From the human T2T-CHM13v2.0 reference genome, Homo sapiens, in NCBI RefSeq assembly GCF_009914755.1, contig NC_060948.1: 64,000 bases of DNA. One strand, 5' to 3'. Each line of letters begins with the position of its first letter. Within the stretch, counting starts at the first letter, position 1. The translations under genes and the position numbers were made by a program. Shown piece by piece: positions 1-13,298 of this stretch. Below the pieces are notes generated by a model. The model worked only from the letters and a program-made list of their open reading frames with translations. It was not told where the DNA came from and made no database searches.

Positions 1-2147
1 CTAGCAGTCCTACATGCAGGGCCTTTTGAAATTACCTCAAATTTAGTTAGCTGCTGAGTAGGTGCTTCCTGTCATGAGGCAGCACTCCTCAACAATTTGA
101 GTGTTGTTGAAAGTCACTGTGGACCGACTATGAAAGAAAGAAAAAATGAATAAGGTCAGAGAGGCATGAGGATGCAGTCTGGTTAGGATTGGATGGGGTC
201 CTGCACCTTCACCTGCAAAAAAAAGGTGAAGCATGCTGACACAGAAGTTTCTTCCAGCTGAATTCCCACATTCCTTTAGTTGCACAAGCAGTCCACACCA
301 TGGCCCGGTGTTCAGGAGGGAGTACTCCAACGTACAAAAAACATTTGGAGTGCAAATTGGGGCCATCTCGGCAAACTCCCAATTTGAGGGCTTTTATACC
401 CAGAGCCAAATGGGAGTGGTATGGATTGATGCTGGGTGGGATGTGGCCTCCGGACTTGCATCTTCTTATCCTGACTTCCATATTCCTCGTCTGCCTCGTG
501 TATCCTGGGTCCGGCTCACTGTCTTCCACACTACACATTTCTCAGTTCACCGACAATGACCCTCATGAAAATCCATTGCATGAGTGTTTCCTTCTAAACA
601 CTGTCATGTTTTAAAAACTGGACATTTTCAATAGTTTTAAAATCATAAATTCCTGTTACAGTGCCAGCAAGGAAACTCTTGTTCTCCCACTTATATTGGC
701 GGGCTGCATGATTCTGGTAGGATGAGAAGCAGGCAGGCATGTCTAGCTTTTTCCTGGAAATCTAGCCTCAGTTTTATTTCAACTACATGGACCTCTCATT
801 GTGGAGGGGCTCTTTTGTTGGGCTGTTGCTTGATGGAACTGTCTCTTGCCACAGATTGTTTAGCTGCCAGGGATTTCAGAGAGCAAAAGGAACTTCAGGT
901 AGGCTGGCTACCTTCCAGGTTGTGGGTCATGGTCTCATTTTGGGGGCTTAGGTTCTTTGCACTTTGCAGGAGACTTTTGGGTCCTCTGACAGGAATCATT
1001 GAGCATTGCATGGACTCCAGCACAAGGCAGCTCATTCTCTCAGGCGAGCCTTGATTTTTCTTTGCTTTCATGGGGAATCCACAGTGCCCTACATCAGCAC
1101 TAATGGACATCCCTTTTAGGCTTGCCATAGCCACAGATGGTCATTGAGACATTGTCTCAACCTCATCTGCACCCAGGAAGGGCCAGTCTGAGGTGTAAGA
1201 ACACACTCCACCTTGGACATGCCTTTGTAGTGGTTCCTGCCTTTCCCAAAAAGCCCCTGCAAGGCCCAGGATGAAGGGAGGCAGTGAGGTCCAAAGCCCA
1301 GTCATCTTTCACTGACACCCACCTCTGGGGTCTCAGTATGATTCTATTACCCAAAGCGCCCTCAACCACACACCAGACTATATACAAATTGTCATGAGAC
1401 CAGATTCTGCCTCATAGCCTCTCTCATAATGGAGTCAGAAGAGCAGTTTCTAGTGATCACCTCAGAGTCTCTAAATGCCTCCTCCTCCTGCAAGACTCGA
1501 ACACGCAGGTGGCCTGAAATGGCTCTGAGGCTGTGACTTTTAGGGTCCCACTGTGGGTTTCACAGGCAGCCTTTTTCCCAATACCAGGCCGGCTCTACCT
1601 GTACTGTTTTTCTCTGCTTAGGCAGGCTGACTTTCTTACAGCAGAGTGGCTGAGCCTGCCTCACAAATGCACATGTGCTAGTCTCAGGGCACCTGGCCTG
1701 ATTGTGAGTGCTGGCTAGTGTCACAGTGAATGTCACCATTGGCTAGCGACAAGTCCCTGAAGCTTGGCAGAGTAGGAAACCTCCATGGAGGTTCATCAGC
1801 TGTGGACTCTCACCTGTTTTCTCTGTGGGATCCATGGGTTAGTCCCATGATTCTAGGACAGGGCAAACATGAGTCAGCCTCAGAAAACATCAGAACCTCA
1901 GGAATAAACCATGATATTCTTAAGGTTCCAAAAAAGTCTGCTGGATTATTCAGGCCTGCCTAGATATTTTAGGGGTGAGTCTTTTGGAAATTGCCCCACT
2001 GTGATTTCTAGGTACAGCCTGCCTGTGTTCCCTGGGGTTGCTTTCTATGAAATGGGGCTTCCTGCAGAAACACGTGGACTCAGGTGCTGATGGGCTGTGT
2101 GTTTCTATGGGATTCTTGCAAGTGTTGGATATCTCCCTGTGTGTGGT

Positions 2148-2151
<4 letters not shown>

Positions 2152-2178
<27 letters not shown>
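2152..2178 (+). repeat. (TG)13 tract, an example of the TG-rich module found in each unit
   Basis: Homologous TG tracts at ~4620, 6836, 18816, 21257, 23663, 26181, 27691, 30141, 35002, 37025, 39515, 46370, 50810, 53295, 58263 and 60717. Confidence 0.9.
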
Positions 2179-5100
2179 ACCTGTAAGTGGAGTCCGCCTA
2201 AAGGAATGTGGCTAACGCACTTCAGCACTTATTTTTTGTCTTCCAACCTTGTGTGGGGAGCCTGTGTGTGTTCCTCTGCTTCTGTTGTGGGTCTATGTGT
2301 TCTATATTTTTCTGTGTATCATGAATCCACAGTGAATTAGGAGGTGTGCTGAAACCCACAAGTGTCCAAATCACCTCTTGGTTAAAAAAAAAAAAAGTCA
2401 CTCTTCTAGAAAGAAGAAAAGCACACCACACCAAAAAACAAACATCCCTGGTGTTTCATTGTCCTGCAGCCAAACCAGAGAGACACTAGCAGTCCTGTCC
2501 ACAGGGCCCCTTGAATTTACCTCGACTTCCGTTCCCAGCTGAGCTGGTGCTTCACTTCATGAGGGATCACACCTGCATTGTCTTGGGATTTCATCCTGGG
2601 ACATAGAGTGTGAGCAGCAGTAAGGTCAGATAGGGGTGAAGATACAATGTAGTGAGAATTGGATGGGTTCCTATAACCTCACCTGCAAAAAAAAAAAAAA
2701 AAAGAAGACAGATTACAGAAGATGCTTCCAACCCCATCCCTGCATTTCCTTAATTGCACAAGCAGTCCACACCATGGCCCAGTGTTTAGGTGGGAGTACT
2801 CAAATGTGCAAGGAATATTTGGAGTGCAAATTGGGGCCATCCTCGCAAACTCCTGATTTGAGGACTTTTATGCCCGGAGCCAAAGGTGAGTGGAATGGAT
2901 TGATGCTGGGTGAGATATGGTCTCCACAGTTACCTCTTCTTTTCCTGACTTCCATGTTCGTGATCGGCCTAGTGTTTCCCACGTCTGGCTCAACAACTTC
3001 CACACTAAATGTTTCCCAGTTCACGGAGAACGACCCTCATGGGAATCCATTATGTGAGTGTTTCCTTCTAAACACTGTCAAGTTTTAAATGACTGGGCAG
3101 CTTTGATGCTTTTAAAGCCATAAATTCCTGTTACAGCCTCCAAAAGGAAACTCTTGTTCTCCCACTTCCATTGGAGGGTGGCATGATTCCTGTAGGATGA
3201 GAAGCACACAGCCATGTCTGGCTTTTGGCTTGTAATCTAGCCTCTGTTTCATTTCATCTACACGGCCTTCTCATTATGGAGGGGCTCTTTTATTGGGCTA
3301 TTGCTGATGGGACTGCCTCTCCCTACAGATTATTTAGCTGCCAGAAATTTCACTGAACAAAAGGTACTTCAAGTAGGCTGGCTGTGCTCCAGATTGTGGT
3401 CATTTTCTCCTTGGAGGGGCTGAGGTTGTTTGCATTGTTGCAGGAGGCTTTTCAGTTTTTTGACAGGAATCATGGAACATTGCTTGGACTCCAGCACAAG
3501 GCGGCTCATTCTCTCAGGCAAACTTTGATTTTTATTTGCTTTTATGGGGACTCCTCAGTGCCACTGAACAGCACTACTAGACACCCTTTTCAGGCTTACC
3601 ATAGCCACAAACAGCCTTTCAGACACTGTCTCTACTTCATCTTCATCCGTGAGAGGCCAGTCTGAGGTGTGAGAACACTGCTCCATGTTGGACTTGCCTT
3701 TGTCAGGATTCTTGTTTTTTTCCAGAGAGCCCCTGCAAGGCCCAGAATGAAGGGAGGCAGTGAGATCAAGAGCCTGACCATCTTTTGCTGACACCTGCAT
3801 CTGAGGACTCAGGTAAAATTCTATTACCCAATGAACCCTCAACAACACACCAGACTATATTCCAATCCCCATGGGACCTGATTCTTGCACGTGGTCTCTT
3901 TCAGGAATAGAGTCAGAAGAGTAGCTTCCTACGACCACCCCAGAATCTCAAAATGCCTCTTCCTCCAGTGGGACCTGAAAATGGAGATCGCCCAAAGGGG
4001 CCCTAAGGTCGATACATTTAGGGTCTCACAGTGGGTTTTTGCAGGCAACCCTTTTCTTGATATCAGGCAGGCTCTGCCTGTTTCATGTTCCTCTGTTTAG
4101 GCAGGCTGACAGCTCTGACAGCCGGACACCCCTGCCTGCCTCATGAATGCGCATGTGCTAGTCTCAGGTCACCTGACCTGACTATGAGCTCTGGCTAGGT
4201 TACAATGAATGTCACCGTTGCCTAGTGACAAGTCTCTGCCACTTGGCAGAGAAGGAGGCCTCCATAGATGTGTGTCAGCCATGGACAGTCACCTGTCTTT
4301 TCTGTGGGATCCAAGGGATTGCCACATGATCCTAGGAGAGGGCATGATCCAGTCTGAAGAAACATCAAGTAGAGCCCCAGGAATGAACCATGAAAATCCT
4401 AAAGCTCCAAAATGATCTGCAGGATTGCTCAGGACTCCCTAGATGTTGTAGGGGTGAGTCTTTTTGAAACTTGCCCCACTGTGATTTTTAGGTACAGCCA
4501 GCCTATATTCCTTGGGGTTGCTCACTCCCATGTGGGGCTTCCTGCAGAATCATGCAGCCTCAGGAACTGTTGGGCTCTGTGTTTCTGTCGGAGTGTTATG
4601 AGTGTTGGATATCTGCGTGTGCATGTATCATTGTGCATTTGTGTGTGTTGTGTGCCTGTAATTAAAGTCTGCTTAAAGGAATGTGGCTAAAATGCTTCAG
4701 TGCTTTTCTTTTCCTTCTATTTATTTTCTTTATCTTTTTCTTTTTCTTTTTTTTTTTTTTGGAGTCTCCCACACTTTGACTCCCAGATGAGTAGGTTCTT
4801 CAAGTCATGAGGGGGAATTCCTCCATCCTCTTGGAATTTCATCCTGGGGCATAGAGTGTGACCAGCAACGTCAGATAGGGGTGAGGACACAATGGTGAGG
4901 GGTGGATGGGATCCTGCAACTTCACCTGCAAAAAAAAAAAAAATGACTACAGATGACCTGAAGATGCTTCCAATTTTATCCTTGCATTACCTTAATTGCA
5001 CAAGCAGTCCTCACCACAGCCCAGTGTTCAGGCGGGAGTGCTCCAAAGTTCAAGGAACATTTGAAGCACAAGTTGGGACCATTTTGGCCAATTCCTGATT

Positions 5101-7000
5101 TGAGGGCTTTCATTCCTGGAACAAAATGTTAGTGGTATGGATTGATGCTGAATGGGATGTGGCCTCCAGAATTACCTCTTCTTTTCCTGACTTCCATGTT
5201 CTTCATCTGCCAAGGGTTTCTCTGGGTCTGGTTCAATGGCTTTTGCACTAAAGGCTTCCCAGTTCATGGAGAATGACCCTCAATGGATCTATTGCATGAG
5301 TGTTTCCTTCTAAACACTGTTACATTTAAATAACTGGGCAGCTTTGATACATTTAAAACTGTAAATTGTGGTACAGCCACCAAGAAACACTTGTTCTCCC
5401 ACTTCTATTGGAGGGCTGCATGATTCCTGTAGGATGAGAAGCAGGCATAGGTGTCTGGCCTTTGTCTTGTGTTCTAGCCTCTGTTTCATTTCATCTACAT
5501 GGCCTTCTCTTTGTGTTGGGGCTTATTCATTGGCCTGTTGCTGGATATGACTGCCTTTCATCACAGATTACTTTGCTGCCAGGGATTTCAAAGATCAAAA
5601 GGGACTTTTGTTTGGCTGGCTGAGCTCCAGGATTCAGGTTGTTTTCTCATTCTGGGGACAGAGATTTTTGGCACTTTGCAGAAGGCTTTTGGCTCCTCTG
5701 ACAAGAATCATTGAGCGTTGCTTAGACTCAAGCACAAGGCAACTCATTCTCTCAGGTGAGCCTTGATTTCCTTTGCTTTCATTGGGAGTCCACAGTGACC
5801 CTCAACAGAACTAACGGACTTGCTTTTCAGGCTTGCCATTGCCACAGATGACCTCTGAGACACTGTTTCAATCTCATCTGCACTCATGAGAGGTCAGTCC
5901 ATGGTGTGAGAACACTGTTCCATCTCTGACTTGCTTTTTTCAGGGTTTCTGTCTTTCCAAGAGAGCTCCTGTGAGGCCCAGGATGAAGGGAGGCAATGAG
6001 GTCTAGAGCCCAGCCATCTTTCACTGACCCCCACCCCTAGGGTGTCAGGTATGATTCTATCACCAAAGGAACCCTCAACAACAAACCAATTATATTCCAA
6101 TTTTCATGGGACTCCATTCTGCAACACAGTGTCTTTTAGGAATAAAGTCAGAAGAGCAGTTTCTACAGACCACCTCACAGTATTGAAACATCTACTCCAG
6201 GGGGACCTGGCCATGGAGATAGCTGAAGGGTCCCTGGTCTTCCAGTGGGTTTTTGCAGGCAGCCTTTTTCCTGATACCAGGCTGGCTCTACCTATATACC
6301 ATTTTCCTCTGCTTAGGCAAGTTGACAGCTCTGACAGCCAGGCACCCAAGACTGCCTCATGAATGCACATCACTGAGGCTCAGGGCACCTGACCTATTTA
6401 TGAGCTTTGGCTATCTTCACAATGAATGTCACCATTGCCTTACAACAATTCCTTGCATCTTGGCAGAGGAGACTTCTGTGGGGGTTCATCAGCACTGGAT
6501 TCTCACCTACCTTTTTTGTGGGATCCATGGGACAGTCCCCATGGACCTGGGGAAGGGCAGAAGTGAGGCAGCCTGAGAAAACACCAAGCAGAGCCCCAGA
6601 AATAAACTGCAAAATTCCTAAGGACGCAAAAGGATCTACAAGATTCCTCAGTCCTACCTAGCCATTGTAGGGGTGTGTCTTTTTGAATCTTGCCCCACTG
6701 TGGTTTTAGGTAGAGCTTGCCTGTGTTCTCTGGGGTTGCTCTCTCCCAGATGTGGCTTCCTATAGAGCCACGCAGCCTCAGGAGCTGCTGGGCTGTGTGT
6801 TTCTGTGGGAGTGTTGTGGGTGTTGTATGTCTGCGTGTGTGTGTGTTACATTGTGTGTTTCTGTGTGTGTATGCCTGTAAGTGGAGTCTGCTCAAAGGAG
6901 TGTAGCTAACACACTTCTGTGCTTCTTCTCTCTTTTTTTTTTAATCTCCTAAACTTTTGCTGGCCTGTGTGGCTGTGCTTGGACTGTGGGGCTCCATATT

Positions 7001-7044
7001 TTTGTTTGTTTGTTTGTTTGTTTTGTTTTGTTTTGTTTTGTTTT
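7001..7044 (+). repeat. Compound (TTTG)5(TTTTG)4 microsatellite
   Basis: Directly visible; replaces the ttctttatttttc motif of the other units. Confidence 0.9.
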
Positions 7045-7543
7045 CCTGTGGAGCATGAATCCGCAGTGAATTGGGAATGGGGCTGAGACCCTCCATCATC
7101 CAAATCACCTCTCCCTGCAAAAAAAAAAAAAAAAAAAAAAAAAAAAGAAAACTGTCTTCTAGAAAGAAGAGTAGCATACTACACCAAAAAACAAACATCT
7201 TCCAGTGTTTCATTGTCTTGTGGCCAACCCAGGGAGAGACACTAGCAGTCCTGTCTTCAGGGCTCCTTGAATTTACCTCAAATTCTGTTCCCAGTTGACT
7301 AGGTGCTTCACATCATGAAGGGGCACTTCTCCATTGTCTTGGGATTTCATCCTGGGACATAGAGAGTGAGCAGCAATAAGGTCAGGTAGGGTTGAGGATA
7401 CAATCTGGTAAGGGGTGTATGCAGTCCCATAACTTCACCTGCAAAAGACATACAGACAGAATGACACAGAAACTGCTTCTAACTCTGTCCCACATTCCCT
7501 TAATTTCACAAGCAGTCCACACCATGGCCCAGTTTTCAGGTGG

Positions 7544-7995
7544 TAAGGAAGACCACCAAATTATTGTCTCATAACTCAGAAAAATAAATAGAAAGCAAAA
7601 GTGAAAGAAAGGCAGACATGAGACCAATAGTCAGATAGCCTGAGGCAGCACCCTAGGCCTGGTAGTTAAAAATCAATCACTGACCTAACCACTTGTATTG
7701 TCTAATAGATTTCAGACATTGTGTGAGGATGCATTGTGAAACTTTCTGTTCTGTTCTCTTCTGTCCTGATTACCGATGCATGCACCCTCAGCCGTGTACC
7801 CCTTGCTTGCTTCAATGATCACAACCCTTTCACATGGACTCCGTAGAGTTGTAAGCCTTTAAAAGGGGAAGTAATCTCTCTACTGGGGAGTTAGGTTTTT
7901 GAGAGGCAAGTCGGCCGACACTTCGTACCAAATAAACCAACTTCCTTCTTTAACCTGGTGTCTGAAGGGTTTTATCTGTGGTTTGTCCTGCTACA
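7544..7995 (+). mobile_element. 5' LTR (LTR2 family)
   Basis: Starts taaggaagaccacc and ends tcctgctaca. TATA-like tttaaaa at 7858-7864 and AATAAA at 7931-7936. Colinear with 16681-17163. Confidence 0.9.
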
Positions 7996-8000
7996 TTTCT

Positions 8001-8018
8001 TGGTTCCCTGAGCAGAAA
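8001..8018 (+). promoter_or_regulatory. Primer binding site, tRNA-Glu
   Basis: tggttccctgagcagaaa lies 5 nt after the LTR and resembles TGGTTCCCTGACCGGGAA, the complement of the tRNA-Glu 3' end that defines HERV-E. Confidence 0.85.
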
Positions 8019-8463
8019 GTGAGGTGGTTAACAGAAGATTGAGGCAGCCCCTTAGGCAGCTTATGCCTTACCTATGGAGTATCCCTGAGGGAGACTCCAT
8101 GCAGCTTGAGTGACATGAATCCTGAGAGTGCTTCCAGTTAGGGAATTGCTCCAGTGGAATGCCTCACCAGAGCAGTGTACGGCAGGCCCCTGTGGAGGAT
8201 TGATGCAGTGGCTGAATGATGGGAAGGAACTGGCACTTGGAGTCTGGATATCTGGAACATGGTAGGACCAGTCTTGGAAACTTGCCCACCCTGTTTGAGT
8301 AGAATCATGACCTGAATACCCACGGCATGCCTTTATCAGCACTTTGGTTTTGGTTTTGATTTTGGCTTGGCTTGAATTACTTGATTTAGTGTGAATCAGA
8401 TGAGTGAGTGACCTTTACCCTTTCCCTCTTGCAGTGTGAGTGTTGTATTGTCTCAGGAGAAAA

Positions 8464-10049
8464 ATGGTCAGACACAAAATAAGCCCATACTTCTAGGAAC
8501 TGTGTTGAACAATTTCAAGAAGGGATTTAAAAGAGACTATGGAGTTACTATGACACTAAGTTTACCAGGTAAACTTAGAACTTTGTGTGAGATAGACTGG
8601 TCAGCATTAGAAATGGGTTGGCCATCAGAGTGAAGCCTAGATAGGTCCCTTGTTTCAAAGGTATGCCATAAGATAACCTGTACGTCAGGGCACCCAGACC
8701 AGTTTCTATACATAGACACTTGGTTACAACTGGTTTTAGAACTGCCACAATGGTTACAAGGACAGGCAGCAGCAGCAATGTTAGTGGCGAAGGGACAGAT
8801 AACCAAGGAAGGATCCTGCTCCACCCACCTTGGGAAGATGGTTCCTAAAGTTCTGTCCGACCCAATATCAGAAGACTTATGGCAGGAAGTGGCACTGGCG
8901 ATGCCTCCCCTTACTGAGAAGAGAGACTCTCGACTCCTGAACCCACAGCACTTGTGCCTCTGCAGGACACACACAACCCTAGGCTACCCAGAGTAGAAAA
9001 GAGAGTATATGAAGCTGTAGGAGAAACCCCACCCTTGGCAGCTCATTTATGACCTAAGACTGTAATACAAATGCCCCTGAGGGAAGAGCAGCATACTGGG
9101 GTAGACAAGGACAGGCATATGGTGAAAAGTTGTTCCTGTGTGTGGCAATACTTTACCTCAGCTGATCTCCTAAATTGGAGAAAAAAAAAATCTTATACTG
9201 AAAAGCCTCAAGCTTTAATCGATTTGCTCCAAACTATTATCCAGACCCACAACCCTACTTGGGCTAATTGCCATCAGCTGCTTATGTACCTCTTTAACAT
9301 AGATGAAAGGTGATGGGTGCTCCAGGCAACCATCAAGTGGCTGGAGCAACATGCTCTGACTGATTACCAAAACCCCCAGGAATATGTGAGGCTCCAGTTA
9401 CCAGGTACGGACTCTTAGTGGGACACAAATGAAGAGAAAGTTATAGAAAGGCTAAAGCAATATAAGGAAGCCCTCCTAGAAGGGTTAAAGGAGGGAGCTC
9501 AGAAGGCCACAAATGTTAACAAAGTCTCTAATGTCATTCAATGAAAAGAATAGAGTCTGGCACAATTTTATGAAAGACTGTGTGAGGTCTGTGATCCTGA
9601 AAGCCCTGAAAATCAGTGCATGATTAGCATGGCTTTAGTTAGTCAAAGCACAGAAGGCATTAGAAGAAAACTTCAGAAACAGGCTGGGTTTGTGGGTATG
9701 AACACTTCACAGTTATTGGAAATAGCCAATCAGGTGTTTGTTAATAGAGATGCAGCAGGCCACAGAGAAAGCCACAAATAAAGTGAGTTCCAAGCCCGCC
9801 AAAACGCCAACCTGCTAGCTGCAGCTATTAGAGGTGTCCCGCCAAAGGTCTGAGGAAGTGGGGGCCTGGGGAAAACACCCAGTCTGACCAACCATGCCTG
9901 CAGCATAACCAGTGTGCATATTGCAGAGAAATAGGGCTTTGAAAAGACAAGTGACCCCAGTTAAAAGATAAAAAAAAAATGGCTCCAAGCCTGAGGTCTC
10001 AAGCAAGGATGAAGGGGCCTTGTTTAATCTTGAAGATTGCAAGGACTGA
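8464..10049 (+). pseudogene. gag: HERV-E gag remnant (MA-CA-NC), frameshifted with multiple stops
   Basis: Fragments GQTQNKP..KLRTLCEIDWSALEMGWPSE and YTEKPQALIDLLQTIIQTHNPTWANCHQLL. Decayed zinc knuckle QCAYCREIGL*KDK* near 9910-9955. Ends at a TGA-GGG read-through-type junction at 10047. Confidence 0.85.
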
Positions 10050-12156
10050 GGGGGATGGGTCTCAGGTGCTCCCAATGAGCCCATGGTCAGGATGACAGTC
10101 TGGGGCAAGGATATTGAGTTTCTTGTCCATACTTGTGCTGAACATTCAGTAATGACCACCTCGGTCACCCCCTTATCCAAAAAGACTATTGATATAATTG
10201 GAGCCACATGAGTCTTGGCAAAACAATCTCCTTGCACCAGACTCGTGCCATAGGGGGACATGAAGTGATTCTTCATGGCCCTGAAGTTTCTCTGGGAGGA
10301 GGAATTGAGACTTTTCTTAACTGAGTCAGTCCAAGAGATAAAACCAGCTCTGGCTAAGTGGTGGCCAAGGGTGTGGGCAGAAGATAATCCTCCAGGGCTG
10401 GTAGTCAACCAAGCCCCTGTTCTAAAAAAAGTTAAGCCTGGGGAAAGCCATTCAGGCATACACAGTACCTGGTCCCCAGAGAAGCTGCTGAAGGTATCCA
10501 GGTTCATCTCAAATGCCTGAGAGCCTTTGAAATTATAGTCCCTTATCAGTCTCCATGGAACACTCCCTTCCTGCCTGTTCCCAAGCTAAGGACCAAGGGC
10601 TACAGACCAGTACAGGACTTGTGCTTGGTCAGTCAAGCTACAGTGAGTTTAAATCCAACAGTACCTAGCCCATACACACTTTTGGGGTTATTGCCAGCTA
10701 AGGACAGATGGTTCACCTACCTAGACCCGAAGGACATTTTTGTTAGCATCAGTCTAGCTCCTGAGAACCAGAAACTACTTGTCTTTCAGTGGGAAAATCC
10801 GGGCTCAGGTATCACCACTCAGTACACTTGGATATGGCTTCCCCAAGGGTTCAAGAACTCCCCCACCATCTTCAGGGAGGCACTGGCTCAAGACCTCCCA
10901 AAGTCCCCCACCAATCACCTAGGCTGCGTTTTGCACCAGTACATCGACTACCTTCTGCTGGGACACCCCAAAGCAGTTGAGTGCATGAGAGAGACAGATG
11001 CCCTGCTTCAGCAGGCACCTGGAGGATTGTGGGTATAAGGTGTCCAAGAAGATAACCCAGATCTGCAGATATCAGGTACGCTACCTGGGATTCACTATCC
11101 AGCAGAGAGAACACAGCTTGTGGTCACAAAGAAAGCAGGTCATCTGCAGCCTGTTGGAGCCTAGGATCAGAAGGAAGGTGAGATAATTCTTAGGAACTGT
11201 GGGGTTCTGCAGACTGTGGATCCCAAACCTTGCAGTACTAGCCAAGCCTCTGTATGGGGTTAAAAAGGGGGGTGACCAGGAACATTTTGAATGGGCGTCC
11301 CAACAACAGTAAGCCTTTCATGAGTTAAAAGAGGAACTCAGGTCAGCCCCAAACCTGGGTCTGCCCTACCTGACCAATCCATTTACACTCTATGTGTCAG
11401 AGAGAGAAAAAACGGCAGTTGGTGTTTTGATCCAGACTCTGGGGCCTTGGCTGAGGCCAGTGGTCTACCTCTCTAAGCAACTAGATGGGGTTTCTAAAGG
11501 TTGGCCCCTGTGTTTGAGGGACTTAGGAGCAACTATCCTCTAGCACAAGAAGCAGATAAATTCACTCTTGGGTGAAACCTGAACATAAAGCCCCCCCCCT
11601 CCAAGCTGTGGTGACTTTAGTGAAAACCAAAGGACACCATTGACTAATGAATGCTAGACTAAGCAAGTACCAAAGCTTGTTCTTTGAAAATCCCCACATA
11701 ACCATTGAAGTTTGTAACAACCTGAAATCTGCCACCTTGCTGCTGGTATCAGGAAGGCCTGTCAAGCATAACTGTGTAGAGGTGTTGGACTGAGTCTACT
11801 TTAGCAGACCTCACCTCCGGGACCAGCCTTGGGCATCACTGCACTGGGAACTAGCTGTATGTGAATGAGAATCGCTTTGTCAACCCACAAGGGGATAAGT
11901 ATGCGGGATACGCAGTGGTAACACTGGACGCTGTGATTTAGGTCAAACCATTGCCCAAGGGTACTTCAGCCCAGAAACCTGAGCTCATTGCTTTAATTCA
12001 GGCCTTAGAACTCAGTGAAGGTAAGACTGTAAACAGTTACAGTGACTCCCGGTATGACTTCTTAACACTCCAAGTGCATGGAACATTATACAAATAAAAG
12101 CACCAGTTAAACTCTGGAGGAAAGGACATAAAACATCAGCAAGAAAACTTGCACTT
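10050..12156 (+). pseudogene. pol: HERV-E pro-pol remnant, 5' part (protease, RT, RNase H)
   Basis: Protease EFLVHTCAEHS (DTG decayed to HTC, ~10116-10148). RT WLPQGFKNSPTIF and QYIDYLLL (YxDD decayed). YLGFTI, and RNase [12 protein letters not shown] near 11960-11995. Many stops and frameshifts. Confidence 0.88.
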
Positions 12157-13289
<1,133 letters not shown>

Positions 13290-13298
13290 AAAAAAAAA

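Larger units (their letters stand above)
1..7543. repeat. Diverged ~2.48-kb tandem array (Y-chromosome NORF-type), units U1-U4, left of the provirus
   Basis: The landmark ggtcagataggggtgaggatacaatctggtgagggg recurs at ~154, 2624, 4871 and 7381. Each unit has the same order of motifs: ccacaccATGG, gagaagcaggcag, (TG)n-gtaagtggagtc, poly-A-gccactcttctagaaag. Unit size and high divergence match the NORF arrays described for the human MSY (Skaletsky et al. 2003). Confidence 0.88.

Noticed and set aside
9815-10507. 230-aa minus-strand ORF, the longest in the window
   Set aside because: It is antisense to decayed gag/pro and has no recognisable motif, so it is most likely a chance open frame.
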